Below, piece after piece: positions 48,949 to 62,279 of a stretch of 64,000 bases of DNA (its first letter is position 1; every line of letters begins with the position of its first letter). Below the pieces are notes generated by a model that ran no database searches, was not told the origin of the DNA, and saw only the letters and a list, made by a program, of their open reading frames with translations. This DNA is from Amoebidium appalachense. Taxonomy: Eukaryota > Protista > Ichthyosporea. The stretch lies in the NCBI GenBank assembly GCA_963693365.1, contig CAVNZM010000012.1:9180001-9244000 (forward strand), written 5' to 3'. The position numbers and the translations under genes are program-made.

Positions 48949-51900
48949 ATAGAAACCAATCACTAAGAACTAATTGCCCCCACCCCCCGCTGCCGGGATC
49001 TCCCCGAGGGTGCCCCACCCTTGCTAACCACACCTTCCCCCGAGGCTCAGACCCGGAGGCCCGCCCGCTTGTTAAATTGTATAAGTATTTGGGATGTAAG
49101 CAGAGACACAGTGGTGCAGTGTGAAAACACCACAGACACACACAACAACAAAACACGGAACGATCGGAGCAGTGTACACAACAGACATCAATGTTTAGAC
49201 ACGACTGAACTGAATTTATTCTGATCTTCGAATAAATACCTGAAATTCTTCTAAGTCCAATCCATACATGATTTCCGACCAGTCGGAAATCAGATCTATC
49301 TCTAATAGAAACCAATCACTAAGAACCAATTGCTTTCAGAGAGATCCGGTACGCGGAGACGTACACGATAGGACACAGACACTAGTTAAGGTCAACTCGT
49401 GTCATCATCAAGGAAGTTCTAACCTATGACATACTGCAAAGACTCAGACATATCACACTTAACCTTGATGATTGGTTAAAGCCCGGCAACACATGAAAAC
49501 TAAAGTAAATTAATGAAGTCTAAAAAGTGTGTTACCGTCCAATGAACACGTATTAAGTAACACAAATCTACCTAACATATATTAGTAGAAAAGAAATACG
49601 ATTATACACATGAAGACAAGGAGAGAAAGAAAAGAAAATAAGGAAGGAGAAAGAGGAAGGAAAAGAGAGCACAGATCAACAAACAAGATAGTAATAGCAT
49701 AACTATAGCCAGAGATATTTATGTACACACGAACATGTACACGTCTCTCCCTGAGTGGGTGGATCCGTGTACACACATATAAATATTCTAATCGATATTA
49801 CAACACACGATTAAAGCCGATACAACACGATTACAAGTATACAAGCATATCGGAGATCGATGCTACACTTTACATAATAGGAGTGTGGCATATACACTAA
49901 GCATATGAACTGAAACATAACACAAACTGAGAAGATCTTACCATATGTAAATACTACGTATTACAACACCGCTGCCCCAGCACCACATTGACACCTGCCG
50001 CCTCCGGGAGCTGCTGGCCTCCTACCCAGACCAATCATTCGCCGCGCAGCTCCTCCACGATGTCGAATTCGGTGTCGCCATCGGCTACCGCGGCCCCTCC
50101 ACCTCTCGGGTGGGCCCCAACCTACCCACCACCCCGGCTGCTGCTGCCGCTATCACGGCGGATATTGCCAACGAAGTCGCCCTCGGCCACCTGCGCGGCC
50201 CCCTCTCCCCGGACCAATTCTTCGCCGAATTTCCGGTCCACCGTTCCTCCCCCATCGGCGCCTTTACTAAAGAAGGGGACCCCCACAAGTACCGTCGAAT
50301 CCACCACCTCTCATGGCCCCGGGGCAGCAGCGTCAATGACAGCGTCACCTACCGGCCCGATGAACTTCAGTACATTCGAGCCCGGGACGTCACCCAGCTC
50401 ATTCTCGACGCAGGCCCCGGCTGCTACATGGCCGTGGCAGACGTGCAGGCTGCCTTCCGGCACATGCCCATCCGACCAGAAGACCATCACTTAATGGCAT
50501 TCAAATGGCAGGGGCATTTTTACGTTGACACCCGACTGCCCTTCGGCCTGAAATCTACTAGCCCAGCCATCTGGGAACGGATCGCGGCCACCCTCCAGTG
50601 GCTGGCACACCAGCACGGTGTTACCCTCATCCGCCACTACGTAGACGACTGGATTACAGTCGCCCCCACCCAAGAGCAGTGCCAAGGTCACCTATCCACC
50701 TTCCTGCAACTCTGCCGAGAGCTGCACATTGCCATCTCCGAAGACAAGATGCAGGGCCCGGCTACCCGTATTGTCTTCATCGGTATCGAATTCGACTCCG
50801 TCACCATGGAGGCACGGATCCCTGCTTCCAAACTCTCGGACCTACTCGACCTCACTTCCCACCCAACACCCACCATCACCATTCGGGAATTGCAATCCCT
50901 CCTCGGAAAACTCACCTGATGTGCCCAGCTGGTCCCCCCCGGGCGGGCCTTCTCCCAGCGCCTATGGGCCCTTCTCCGAAAACACCCACACCTTGCCGGG
51001 CACCACCACATACGGCTGTCTGCTGCCGCCCAGGCAGACATAACCGAATGGCACCAGTTCCTCATCATGGAATGGGGTGCACCTTATCACCCCCCCCACA
51101 TACACCACCCTGGCCACCGATGCTGCCGGATCCGTGGGTCTAGGGGGCCACTGGCTCGACCAATGGATTTTCATGCCCTGGTCTCCCTCCACCCAAGCCC
51201 TCTATGCTCATGAGGGTAAACTCGGTTCCTCCGTCATCGAACTCTTGGCCATCGCAGCCGCCGTGGCCCTCTGGGCCCCCTCCTGGTCCACCCACCATGT
51301 CCGTATTTTATGCGACAACACGGGTGCTGTGTCTGACCTGCACTCCCGGTCTTCCCCCCACCCCGTGATGGCCAAACTTATTCGGTTCATCACCCGCATG
51401 GAAATGCAATAGCAATTTACGTTACAGGCCTCCTACCTACCGGGACCCCTCAACCATCTAGCCGATGCCATTTCTCGTAACCAACTTCCCCGAGCCCGAC
51501 GACTCCGACCTTCCCTGCAACCGGAGCCCTGCCCCTTCCCCTCCTGGGTCCACGAGTTCCTATCCTATCCCCTGGGCTATTAGTAACACCCCCCCCCCCC
51601 CCCCCCCCCAGATCTCCCCTTCCGGAGCAACGCCGGCAGATTGGCCCCCCACTTTGCTCCGGCCGAGCTGCTTCGAGCCACCACTACCCTGCAGGAATGC
51701 CAGGCCCTGAGTCTCAACCTCGACTCTTGGGCCTTTTACTCCCGGGTGCAAAAAGTGTTCATCGATTTTTGTGTGGCATCTCGGCTGCAGTCCTCCTCCG
51801 GGTCCTACCTCCCGGCCTCCCCACACACCGTGCAGCTCTTTCTCGCCTGGTGTGCCCAACGAGGGGTACAGGCCTCTTCCTTGGCCGGCTACAATTCGGC

Positions 51901-54103
51901 CATCACCAGACTCCACCTCGACATGGGCCTCCCTGCTCCCTACCCCCCACGACAAGTCTCTGGCCTGATTCCTCCGAGGGGTGGGCAGATGGCAGCTTTC
52001 TCACAACATCCGGCCCCGATCATCTACCAGGGAGCCCCTCCTGCCCTCCCACCTCAGCCTACTCCATGGCCAGTGCCCCACCAAGGCCTCCTCGGCCAAT
52101 CTCCGGCTATGGACGGTCCTCATCGTCGGTTTTTGTGGTCTCCTCCGTTCGAGGGAATTTACCTCCAAGACCCTGTCTTCCTTCAACCCGTCCCGTCACG
52201 TTAAAAGGAAGGACGTGACCTTCAGCTACACCCCCACCGGTACTTTGTCCCATGCCACCCTCCACCTGCCAACCTCCAAGACGGATGTACAGGCCCGAGG
52301 TGTCAATGTCACTCTAGCTGCCCTGCCCCTCACCCACTTCTCCCCAGCCCATCTCCTCCGGCAGTTCCTGGATACAACGTCCGGTCAACCCAACGACCCC
52401 CTGTTCAGTCTCGGTGGCATTCCCTACACCAAGGGTGCTTTCTCTGCCGACTTCCGTGCTCTCCTCTCCCGGGCAGGCCTCTCACCCTCCAGGTTTGCCG
52501 GCCACAGCCTCCGAATCGGGGGGGCCACAGCCCTGGCTGAGGCCGGGGTCGACAACTCCCAGATCAAACAACTCGGCCGATGGTCCTCCAACTGTTTCCT
52601 GATCTATACTCCGAGTCGACTTCGCCCGGCCTCCATTGCTGCCACTACCACACGTGTATTCGCCTCTATTCTTAAGTGAAACCTTTGGAGCAAGCATACT
52701 GCTCTCGTGCCGTGGTTTACAACCATTGCAGGTTCACTTTCGTCCAAGGGGATGTCCCCCTAGAGGCAACACACGTCCCGGAGTAGTTTTTCATAGAGGT
52801 TTTATTTGTGGAATTTATTGACATAAATATTTTTTCTGGGTAAACACGTAGGATGGGTGTTCGGTACCAACATAACCATGTAGGCTTCATTTCGTGTTTT
52901 AACAGTTCGCGGTTGGCTGCCCGCACACGGGCACCTATTAGCCAATCAAAACATCAGATTCCACATATCACTAGACCGAATTTTGATTGGCTCGGATCAG
53001 ATTTCACATATCACTAGATCAATTTTGATTGGCTCAGATCGGTAGGCTTGGGTATATAAGCACAGTTTTTAGCAGATCAGCAAGCTCCAAACACATCTTC
53101 TGTGTTTAGCACCCACAGCCTTACAGCTATAGATTCCTTTTCACCCCCCCACACCACCCCCATTGATCCACACATACGTGCTGTTTTTTCACGGGGCGAA
53201 GACTTCCCCCGTTTTTTGGGCACAAGGACCTCACGGATCAATAAATTGATGACTGGGGGCTTGCCGTGGTTTACAACCATTGCAGGTTCACTTTCGCCCA
53301 AGGGGATGTCCCCCTCGAGGCAACACACGTTCCGAAGTAGTTTTTCATAGACGACCCAGAATCCACAATTATACAGCCATTCGGCCTATTCCGAACACAA
53401 TAAGTTCAGGAATCGAAAGTAGGCTCCTGTATGCCGTACTGTGTGTCATGTGTGGGGGTGTGTGTGTGCTTGGCGGGAGTGTATGAGGGGGTGTGTGAGC
53501 TTGTGTGTGGGTGTGGGTTTGGGTGCACCTGTGTTTGTGCATTTGTGTGTGGGTGTGCGTCTGTGTGGGTGGGTGCACGTGTATGTGATCACGTGTGGGT
53601 GAGCGCACCAGTGTTTTGAGTACGGTTGGGTGGCCAGGTGTTAATGGATATGTCGGGGCAGGATGAGCCTCTGAGGGGCAGGGGCGGGGGAGAGCGGGAA
53701 GGGTGTTTTGTTGTGTAGGTTGTGTTTGTGTGTATGTGTGATGTGTGTGTGTGTGATGTGTGTGTGTTGTGTGTGGAGAGGGATTTGTGTGTGTGTGTGT
53801 GTGTGTTGTGTGCATGCAGTGTGTGGAGTGAAGACGAGTGAGATGTGCGATGGATGGGACACTTGTGTGTAGGATGGAGAAGTTGGAAGGGACATTACTC
53901 TGGTACCCGACTTTTGTTCACGGTCTCCATGCATCCTTCCGCGGGGAGGTGGGCCGGGAGGGGGGGGGGGGGGGGGTGAATGGTTCTTCTCACCGGCACT
54001 GATTAAGTTAATGTTATTTATCTGTAAACTGTCCGACTTGAGAAGAGAGGGAGGGGAGGTAGGTAGGGGCAGGAGAGGGCAGGTGGTTCGGGTGTGCGTC
54101 TGT

Positions 54104-54134
<31 letters not shown>

Positions 54135-55499
54135 GGGGGGGGGCATGGGTGAAAGGGGAGTGTGGGTTGTGAGGATTGGGATGGGTACTTTGCCGACACA
54201 CATACAGCTGCAGTGGCTATGAAAGGAGAATGTAGAGGGTACGTGTGTGAGTACGAATGTGTGAATGTGTGTAAAACAATGCATGGTTGAATGTGTTGCG
54301 CAAACTACCAAGTGGACATTGATTTGCGCATGTGTCGCATCCATATGGGTAGTCCTGTAGTAAACTGGCCTGCCTGCCTGCCTGCTTTCAACATCCCGTT
54401 GTGTGTGTGTGTCACGTGTTGCTCTCTCTGCTTTGGTGTGGATTCTAAACTAGTGAGACAGTCATTGAATCCCCCCCCCCCCCTCCCCCCTCGAACGTAA
54501 CACCTCTGTGTTTTGATGTGAAACAAGACATTTAGGGATTTGTACGGGATTGATAACAAAAGTCTTAGCACAGTGTAGGACGGGATTTTGGCGCGATAAC
54601 AAAAGTCTTAACACAGTGTAGGATGGTTACACAAGTTTGGCACAGTGTAGGATGGTTACACACGTGGTTACACACGTTTAGCACAGTGTAGGATGGTTGC
54701 AGGATAGTACACACGTTTAGCACAGTATAGGTGTTATTTTGTGTGGGTAAACGGAGAAGCAGAGAGCACAGATGGGTGTTATGATATACACAACACAGAG
54801 ACACACGGGAGAAATACAACCGGAGAGGTGGAACGATTTCTGGGACCATAGGAAATGAATTCAACTGCTTGATATTTATTTCAAGATGAAGTTCCTTTTA
54901 TACTCAGGAATGTGAAATCGATAATAAATGCTAAGCCAATCAAAAGAACGAAAACTCTTCTATCCAATCAGAAATACGAAAACTATGAGGGTAAAATAAA
55001 TCGATAGAAATACCTGTCGACACATAGAAGATAAAACACAATCTTCTAATGAAAGTAATCTTCTAATAAAAGTACCGAAACATTTAACAAAATGAAACCA
55101 CTTATGTATGATATTAGTTCGGTTTTATTTGTGGAAATTATTGACATAAATATTTTTCTGGGTAAACACGTAGGATGGGTGTTCGATACCAACATAACCA
55201 TGTAGGCTTCATTTCGTGTTTTAGCAGTTAGCGGTTGGCTGCCCGCACACGGGCACCTATTAGCCAATCAAAACATCAGATACCACAGATCACTAGACCG
55301 AGTTATGATTGGCTCGGATCAGATTTCACATATCACTAGATCGATTTTGATTGGCTCAGATCGGTAGGCTTAGGTATATAAGCACGACAGTTTTTAGCAG
55401 ATCAGCAAGCTACAAACACATCTTCTGTGTTTAGCATCCACAGCCTTACAGCTATATATTCCTTTTCATTCCTCCCTATCTTTCCCTACGCCGGTCAGC

Positions 55500-56669
55500 A
55501 TGCCGCCGAAAAAGCGACAGGCCTCAGCCGCCACCCCTGCCGCGGCACCTAAGCGCCTGACCCGCAGCGACCTCCGCCACAGGCTGACCAACGCTCCCGC
55601 GGACACTGACGCGCCTCCAGCGGCCCATACCACCACGGACCCGGACCCGCCGGCTACTCTCCCCTCCACTCCTGAAGTCCCCCCTCAGGCCCCGCCGTCC
55701 CCGCAGATGACTTCTCAAGACGCCGTCCTTGCCGCCCTCACCGCCATCAGCACCCAGATGGCTGGCGTCCTGGCTGCTCTCACCAACCGCGACCCTCCCG
55801 CGCCCCCCGCCGCGCCCTCCACACCCGGGGAGGTTTCCCCGGGGCTGCATCTCGGCCCTGACCTAGACCTACCTGCCCTGCCCGCGCCCCCCATCACAGG
55901 TGAGAACACTGGCGACATTCAGCCGGGCACACTCCCGCTTCCCCCCGCGGATGTGCTGGCAGATTTGCACGCCAATCGTTTCGTCGACCTGTATAAGTTC
56001 ACCCCCGCCGCCCTCCTGGCCCCATCCAAGAAAGGTCAGCATCTGCGCATGGCCGACGACGGCAGCATCGAGACTTTTCGCCAAGACAAACCCGTTCCCC
56101 TGCGTTCACTCGTCATTTGGATCCAAGCTTGGACCCATTACATGGCCGCCAAGCACCACCTCGGCCTCCCCACGGACAAAGACGTACTTTGGACTCAGCA
56201 CATCACTCGCCTCAGCACCCGATACCCGTGGGCCCAGATCCACAACTATGACGTATACGCCCGCACCGTTGCCCACCAGCAGGGTCGGGCTCCGATCGAG
56301 TGTCCCAACCTGCTCGCCCAACTCCACCAGGATCTCCTCCTGCCACCCACTCTGCTCATCCCGGACGCATGTCAGCGCTGTGGCTTCCCCGACCACCCCA
56401 GCGCGGCCTGCCCCATGTACCCCAAGCCCGGCTGTGGTCTTGACGGCTTTAAGCCGCCCCACAAGCCCGGCGGGGGTCAAACCCCTAACCGCCTTGGCCC
56501 GCAACCCGGCCCGGCAAAACCGGCCCGACCCGTGGATCTACCCGCCACGCACTGCAGGAATTTCCACATTAACGGTCGGTCCTGCGCTAAGCAGCCCTGC
56601 CCCTTCTCCCACGTGTGCCCGCTCTGCTCTGGCACACACCCCCGCAAAGACTGCAAGCACAATGCCTAG
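55500..56669 (+). CDS. Ngaro Gag-like ORF1 with C-terminal zinc fingers
   Basis: 389-aa ORF with CQRCGFPDHPSAAC and CRNFH...C...CPFSHVCPLCSGTHPRKDC. Confidence 0.88.
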   Translation: MPPKKRQASAATPAAAPKRLTRSDLRHRLTNAPADTDAPPAAHTTTDPDPPATLPSTPEVPPQAPPSPQMTSQDAVLAALTAISTQMAGVLAALTNRDPPAPPAAPSTPGEVSPGLHLGPDLDLPALPAPPITGENTGDIQPGTLPLPPADVLADLHANRFVDLYKFTPAALLAPSKKGQHLRMADDGSIETFRQDKPVPLRSLVIWIQAWTHYMAAKHHLGLPTDKDVLWTQHITRLSTRYPWAQIHNYDVYARTVAHQQGRAPIECPNLLAQLHQDLLLPPTLLIPDACQRCGFPDHPSAACPMYPKPGCGLDGFKPPHKPGGGQTPNRLGPQPGPAKPARPVDLPATHCRNFHINGRSCAKQPCPFSHVCPLCSGTHPRKDCKHNA

Positions 56670-56923
56670 TCTACGCGCACACCCACACACACAGCTAGAA
56701 CATAGGGGTTAGGAGCTAGGACACACGAGTACAGGGAAACGGAGCTCGGGAGAACGGGCCAATAGGGCTGAGTACAAAATTTCGCAGGCCAACTACGGCG
56801 CCCGCGCGCGTCACGAATAAATGTCCCTACACAAAGACGTTTATTCTGGCCACTGCACATAATTTTACTCCCCCCCCTCATCCCACGAGCCTCCCCCCCC
56901 CCCCCCCCCTTACACTCACCTAG

Positions 56924-57073
56924 CACTCCCTCCCCCCCCCTTCTTCTACCTCTGTGTCCGCCCACACCCCCGCGTGCTCGGGCACATTCCCCTGCACAGG
57001 GCCCCGCTGCCCTCCCTGCCAACCCTCACTTGGGCCCAGCTGCCCTACTCGAACCCCCCGGGGCCCTGCTGCC

Positions 57074-57111
<38 letters not shown>

Positions 57112-58794
57112 CTGCCGGGATCTCCCCAAGGGTGCCCCATCCTTGCTAACCACCCCTTCCCCCGAGGCTCAGACCCGGAGGCCCGCCCGCTGCCCCAGCA
57201 CCACATTGACACCTCCCGCCTCCGGGAACTGCTGGCCTCCTACCCAGACCAATCATTCGCCGCACAACTCCTCCACGATGTCGAATTCGGCGTCGACATC
57301 GGCTATCGCGGCCCCTCCACCTCTCGGGTGGGCCCCAACCTACCCACCACCCCGGAGGCAGCTGCCGCTATCACGGCGGATATTGCCAAAGAAGTCGCCC
57401 TCGGCCACCTGCGCGGCCCCCTCTCCCCGGCCCAATTCTTTGACGAATTTCCGGTCCACCGTTCCTCCCCCATCGGCGCCGTTACCAAGAAAGGGAACCC
57501 TCCCAAGTACCGTCGAATCCACCACCTCTCCTGGCCCCGGGGTAGCAGTGTCAATGACAGCATCACCTACCCCGACGAACTTCAGTACATTCGCGCCCGG
57601 GATGTCACCCAGCTCATTCTCGACGGAGGCCCCGGCTGCTACATGGCCGTGGCAGATGTGCAGGCTGCCTTCCGGCACATGCCCATCCGACCAGAAGACC
57701 ACCACTTAATGGCATTCAAATGGCAGGGGCATTTTTACGTTGAAACCAGACTGCCCTTCGGCCTGAAATCTAGCCCAGCCATCTGGGAACGGATCGCGGC
57801 CACCCTACAGTGGCTGGCACACCAGCACGGTATTACCCTCATCCGCCACTACGTAGACGACTGGATTATAGTCGCCCCCACACAAGAGCAGTGCCAACGT
57901 CACCTATCCATCTTCCTGCAACTCTGCCGAGAGCTGCACATTGCCATCTCCGAAGACAAGATGCAGGGCCCGGCTACCCGTGTCGTCTTCATCGGTATCG
58001 AATTCGACTCCATCGCCATGGAGGCACGAATCCCGGCTTCCAAGCTCTCGGACCTACTCGACCTCACTTCCCACCCAAAGCCCACCATCACCATTCGGGA
58101 CCTCCAGTCCCTCCTCGGCAAACTCACCTGGTGTGCCCAGCTGGTTCCCCCCGGGAGGGCCTTCTCCCAGCGCCAATGGGCCCTTCTCCGGACCCACCCA
58201 CACCTGGCCGGCCACCACCACATACGACTGACTGCTGCCGCCCGGGCCGACATAGCCGAATGGCACCAGTTCCTCACATCATGGAATGGGGTGCACCTCA
58301 TCATACCACCCACATACACCACCCTGGCCACCGATGCTGCCGGATCGGTGGGTCTAGGAGGCCACTGGCTCGACCAATGGTTCTTCATGCCCTGGTCCCC
58401 CTCCACCCAAGCCCTCTATGCTCATGAGGGTAAACTCGGTTCTTCCGTCATCGAACTCCTGGCCATCGCAGCCGCCGTGGCCCTCTGGGCCCCCTCCTGG
58501 TCCACCCACCATGTCCGTATTTTATGCGACAACACGGGTGCTGTGTCTGACCTGCACTCCCGGTCTTCCCCCCACCCCGTGATGGCCAAACTTATTCGGT
58601 TCATCACCCGCATGGAAATGCAATACCAATTTACGTTACAGGCATCCTACCTACCAGGACCCCTCAACCATCTGGCCGATGCCATTTCTCGTAACCAACT
58701 TCCCCGGGCCCGACGACTCCGACCTTCCCTGCAACCGGAGCCCTGCCCCTTCCCCTCCTGGGTCCACGAGTTCCTATCCCTTCCCTTGGGCTAA
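56924..58794 (+). CDS. Ngaro RT/RNase H (start uncertain)
   Basis: KYRRIHHLSWP, DVQAAFRH, RLPFGLKSSP and YVDD; RNase H motifs ATDAAG, IELLAI, CDN and ADAISR. Confidence 0.9.
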
Positions 58795-58812
58795 CCCCCC
58801 CCCCCCCCCCAG

Positions 58813-59873
58813 ATCTCCCGTTCCGGAGCAACACTGGCAGATTGGCCCCCCACTTTGCTCCGGCCGAGCTGCTTCGAGCCACCACTACCCTGCAGGAATG
58901 CCAGGCCCTGAGTCTCAACCTCGACTCTCGGGCCTTTTACTCCCGGGTGCAAAAAGTGGTCATCGATTTCTGTGTGGCATCTCGGCTGCAATCCTCCTCC
59001 GGGTCCTCCCTCCCGGCCTCCCCACACACCGTGCAACTTTTTCTCGCCTGGTGTGCCCAACGAGGGGTACAGGCCTCTTCCTTAACCGGCTACAATTCGG
59101 CCATCACCAGGCTCCACCTCGACATGGGCCTCCCTGCTCCCTACCCCCACGACAAGTCTCTGGCCTGGTTCCTACGGGGGGTGGGCAGATGGCAGCTTTC
59201 TCACAACATCCGACCCCGCTCATCCACCAGGGCACCCCTCCTGCCCTCCCACCTCAGCCTACTCCATGGCCAGTGCCCCACCAAGGCCTCCTCGGCCAAT
59301 CTCCGGCTATGGACGGCCCTCATCGTCGGTTTCTGTGGTCTCCTCCGTTCAGGGGAATTTACCTCCAAGACCCTGACTTCTTTCGACCCGTCCCGTCACG
59401 TTAAACGGAAGGACGTGACCTTCAGCTACACCTCCACCGGTACTTTGTCCCATGCCACCCTTCACCTGCCAACCTTTAAGACGGATGTACAGGCCCGAGG
59501 TGTCAACGTCACCCTAGCTGCCCTGCCCCTCACCCACTTCTCCCCAGCCCATCTCCTCCGGCAGTTCCTGGATACAACGTCCGGTCAACCCGACGACCCC
59601 CTCTTCAGTCTCGGTGGCATCCCCTACACCAAGAGTGCTTTCTCTGCCGATTTCCGTGCCCTCCTCTCCCGGGCAGGCCTCTCACCCTCCCGGTTTGCCG
59701 GACACAGCCTCCGCATCGGGGGGGCCACAGCACTGGCTGAGGCCGGGGTCGACGACTCCCGGATCAAACAACTCGGCAGGTGGTCCTCCGACTGCTTCCT
59801 GATCTATACCCGACTTCGTCCGGCCTCCATTGCTGCCACCACCACACGTGTATTCGCCTCTATTCTTAAGTGA
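58813..59873 (+). CDS. Ngaro tyrosine recombinase (start uncertain)
   Basis: Catalytic set present: GLLRSGE (R), FKTD (K), HSLRIGGAT (HxxR), GRW and LIY. Confidence 0.92.
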
Positions 59874-61476
59874 AACCTTTGGAGCAAGCATACTGCTCTC
59901 GTGCCGTGGTTTACAACCATTGCAGGTTCACTTTCGTCCAAGGGGATGTCCCCCTAGAGGCAACACACGTCCCGGAGTATTTTTCATAGAGGTTTTATTT
60001 GTGGAAATTATTGACATAAATATTTTTCTGGGTAAACACGTAGGATGGGTGTTCGATACCAACATAACCATGTAGGCTTCATTTCGTGTTTTAGCAGTTA
60101 GCGGTTGGCTGCCCGCACACGGGCACCTATTAGCCAATCAAAACATCAGATACCACAGATCACTAGACCGAGTTATGATTGGCTCGGATCAGATTTCACA
60201 TATCACTAGATCGATTTTGATTGGCTCAGATCGGTAGGCTTAGGTATATAAGCACGACAGTTTTTAGCAGATCAGCAAGCTACAAACACATCTTCTGTGT
60301 TTAGCATCCACAGCCTTACAGCTATATATTCCTTTTCACCCACCCACCTACACCCACACTCAACCCCCATTGATCCACACATACGTGCTGTTTTTTCACG
60401 GGGCGAAGACACTCCCCGTTTTTTGGGCACATGGACCTCACGGATCAATAAATTGATGGCTGGGGCCTTGCCGTGGTTTACAACCATTGCAGGTTCACTT
60501 TCGTCCAAGGGGATGTCCCCCTAGAGGCAACACACGTCCCGGAGTAGTTTTCATAGAACATCATATATTTATACATGTTCTTAACACAACCGTCTAAATA
60601 TAAGTATTCCTAATAGTTGGGGAACATAGATTAATTCTACGTCATGGGAAAAGAGGAAAAGAAATGGGAATTAATGAGGAATGTAGGTTACTATATTTGG
60701 GAAAATATAACGAGATCTGATTGGATGACTTATTTAGATATTGACGCAAACAACAATACGTGTGCGCGGGCTAAATAGCTCAATGTGTACACAGATCTAA
60801 GATATCTGTGCACACGGGACCGGAAAGGAAAGAAAGAAAGGAAGAAAGGAATAGGGAAAAGGAAACAAACTACAACAAACTAATAATGATGTGTAAAACT
60901 CAACTTCTAAGTCTTGCCGTTAATCATGGGAAGATGACAATAGGATGGTTACACGTGTGTAACTATCCTACACTGTGCTGGCCTACACTGTGCTAGCACA
61001 CTGTGCTGTGTGTGTAACCATCCTACAAACTCGTGCTGGCCTACACTGTGCTAACACACTGTGCTGTGTGTGACACGTAACCATCCTACAAACTCGTATC
61101 AAGGGCATAACATTTACTCAAACGCTTGTCCCAGGCACCTATTTGCCCAGCACTCGCACGCACACACACCGTCTTGCACACACACATTGACACGCACATA
61201 CACACAGATCAAGCACATCCACGCGGCGCTCAAACGGGCCCAAGAGCTCAAGGACAGCAAGAGCTCAAGGACAAAGGACTGATCCGTGTTTGCTGTCAAG
61301 TGCCTCAGCCTTCCCGATGGTCAGAAATCCGTTTAAGATTCGTGCAAAACCATTTATGTTCTTCTGTCACGTTACCAGTCTTGGCTGCCTAACACGTGCA
61401 AACATTTTTGTTCTTCTGTCACGCTACCAGGCTCGGGTGCCTAACACGTGACACAACATAAGTGGGCATGTTGCAT

Positions 61477-62279
61477 TGTCATCTTCCCATGATTCATAGC
61501 AAGACTTAGAAGTTGAGTTTTATATTTGTTTATTAGTTTGTTGTAGTTTGTTTCCTTTTCCTTTCTTCCTTTCTTTCTTTCCTTTCTGTTTCCGTGTACA
61601 CCGATATCTTAGATCTGTGTACGTATCGACATACTTAGCTCGCGCACACGTATTGTCGTTTGTGTCAATATCTAAATATGTCATCCAATCAGATCTCGTT
61701 TGTATTTTCCCAAATATAGTAACTTACATTCCTTTCCCATTCCTTTCTCACGACGTAGCATTGTGCTATATTCTCCAACTATTAGGAATAATTATATTTA
61801 GACGTGTTATGATAAGAACATGTATAAATGTATGATGTGAACTAATAGTTACATAAGTGGTTTCATTTTGTTAAATGTTTCCGTGCTTTTATTAGAAGTT
61901 TCTTTCATTAGAGGATTGCATTTTATATTCTATGTGTCGACAGACATTTCGGGTCGATATATTTTACACTCATAGTTTTCGTCTTTCTGATTGAAAATAG
62001 AGTTTTCGTTCTTTTGATTGGTTTATCGTTTTCACATTCCCAAGTATAAAAGGGACTTCATCTTGAAATAAATCTCAAGCAGTCGTATTCATTTCCTATG
62101 GCCCCAGAAATCGTTCCACCTCTCCGGTTGTGTTTCTCCCGTGCCCTCTGTGTTGTGTATAACATAACACCCATCTGTGCTCCCTGCTTCTCCGTTTACC
62201 CACACAAAACGACAGGTTATGGGCCCAGCACGCTTCCACTGCGCCACTCTGCTTCTCCGTTTACCCACACAAAACAACA
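61477..62279 (+). mobile_element. Aberrant solo LTR-A: LTR, then a tRNA-primer copy, then a repeated LTR end
   Basis: LTR at 61477-62214, second LTR terminus ending AACAACA at 62279, and TSD TGCAT at 61472-61476 and 62280-62284. Confidence 0.92.
62215..62253 (-). pseudogene. Retro-copy of the 5' 39 nt of initiator tRNA-Met
   Basis: The minus strand reads AGCAGAGTGGCGCAGTGGAAGCGTGCTGGGCCCATAACC, which is metazoan-type tRNAiMet nt 1-39 including the CAT anticodon. Confidence 0.93.

Larger units (their letters stand above)
55121..60557 (+). mobile_element. Full-length Ngaro-type (DIRS order) tyrosine-recombinase retrotransposon with split direct repeats A1-ORFs-B1-A2-B2
   Basis: A1 at 55121-55468 matches A2 at 59991-60338; B1 at 59902-59990 matches B2 at 60469-60557. 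There is no TSD, and the empty site TTAGTTC|ACATC is visible at about 31903-31914. Confidence 0.95.
54732..60939 (-). mobile_element. Solo LTR of copia-A (54732-55120 plus 60558-60939) interrupted by Ngaro copy 1
   Basis: Matches 31532-32309. TSD ATAGG at 54727-54731 and 60940-60944. Confidence 0.93.
54552..61097. repeat. Fold-back minisatellite (arms about 54552-54731 and 60940-61097) split by the solo LTR-A
   Basis: Tandem GCACAGTGTAGGATGGTTACAC units on the left and inverted GTGTAACCATCCTAC / CCTACACTGTGC units on the right, with the symmetry centre near 60953. Confidence 0.75.

Noticed and set aside
53352-54550. Possible minus-strand exon remnants among microsatellites
   Set aside because: Short, stop-containing and without a recognisable motif.
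55900-56712. 270-aa ORF overlapping Ngaro gag, and long alternative-frame ORFs in copia and Ngaro
   Set aside because: Non-ATG or low-complexity shadows of GC-rich, C-biased codon usage.
62215-62253. Functional tRNA gene
   Set aside because: Only the 5' half is present, with no T-arm or B box.
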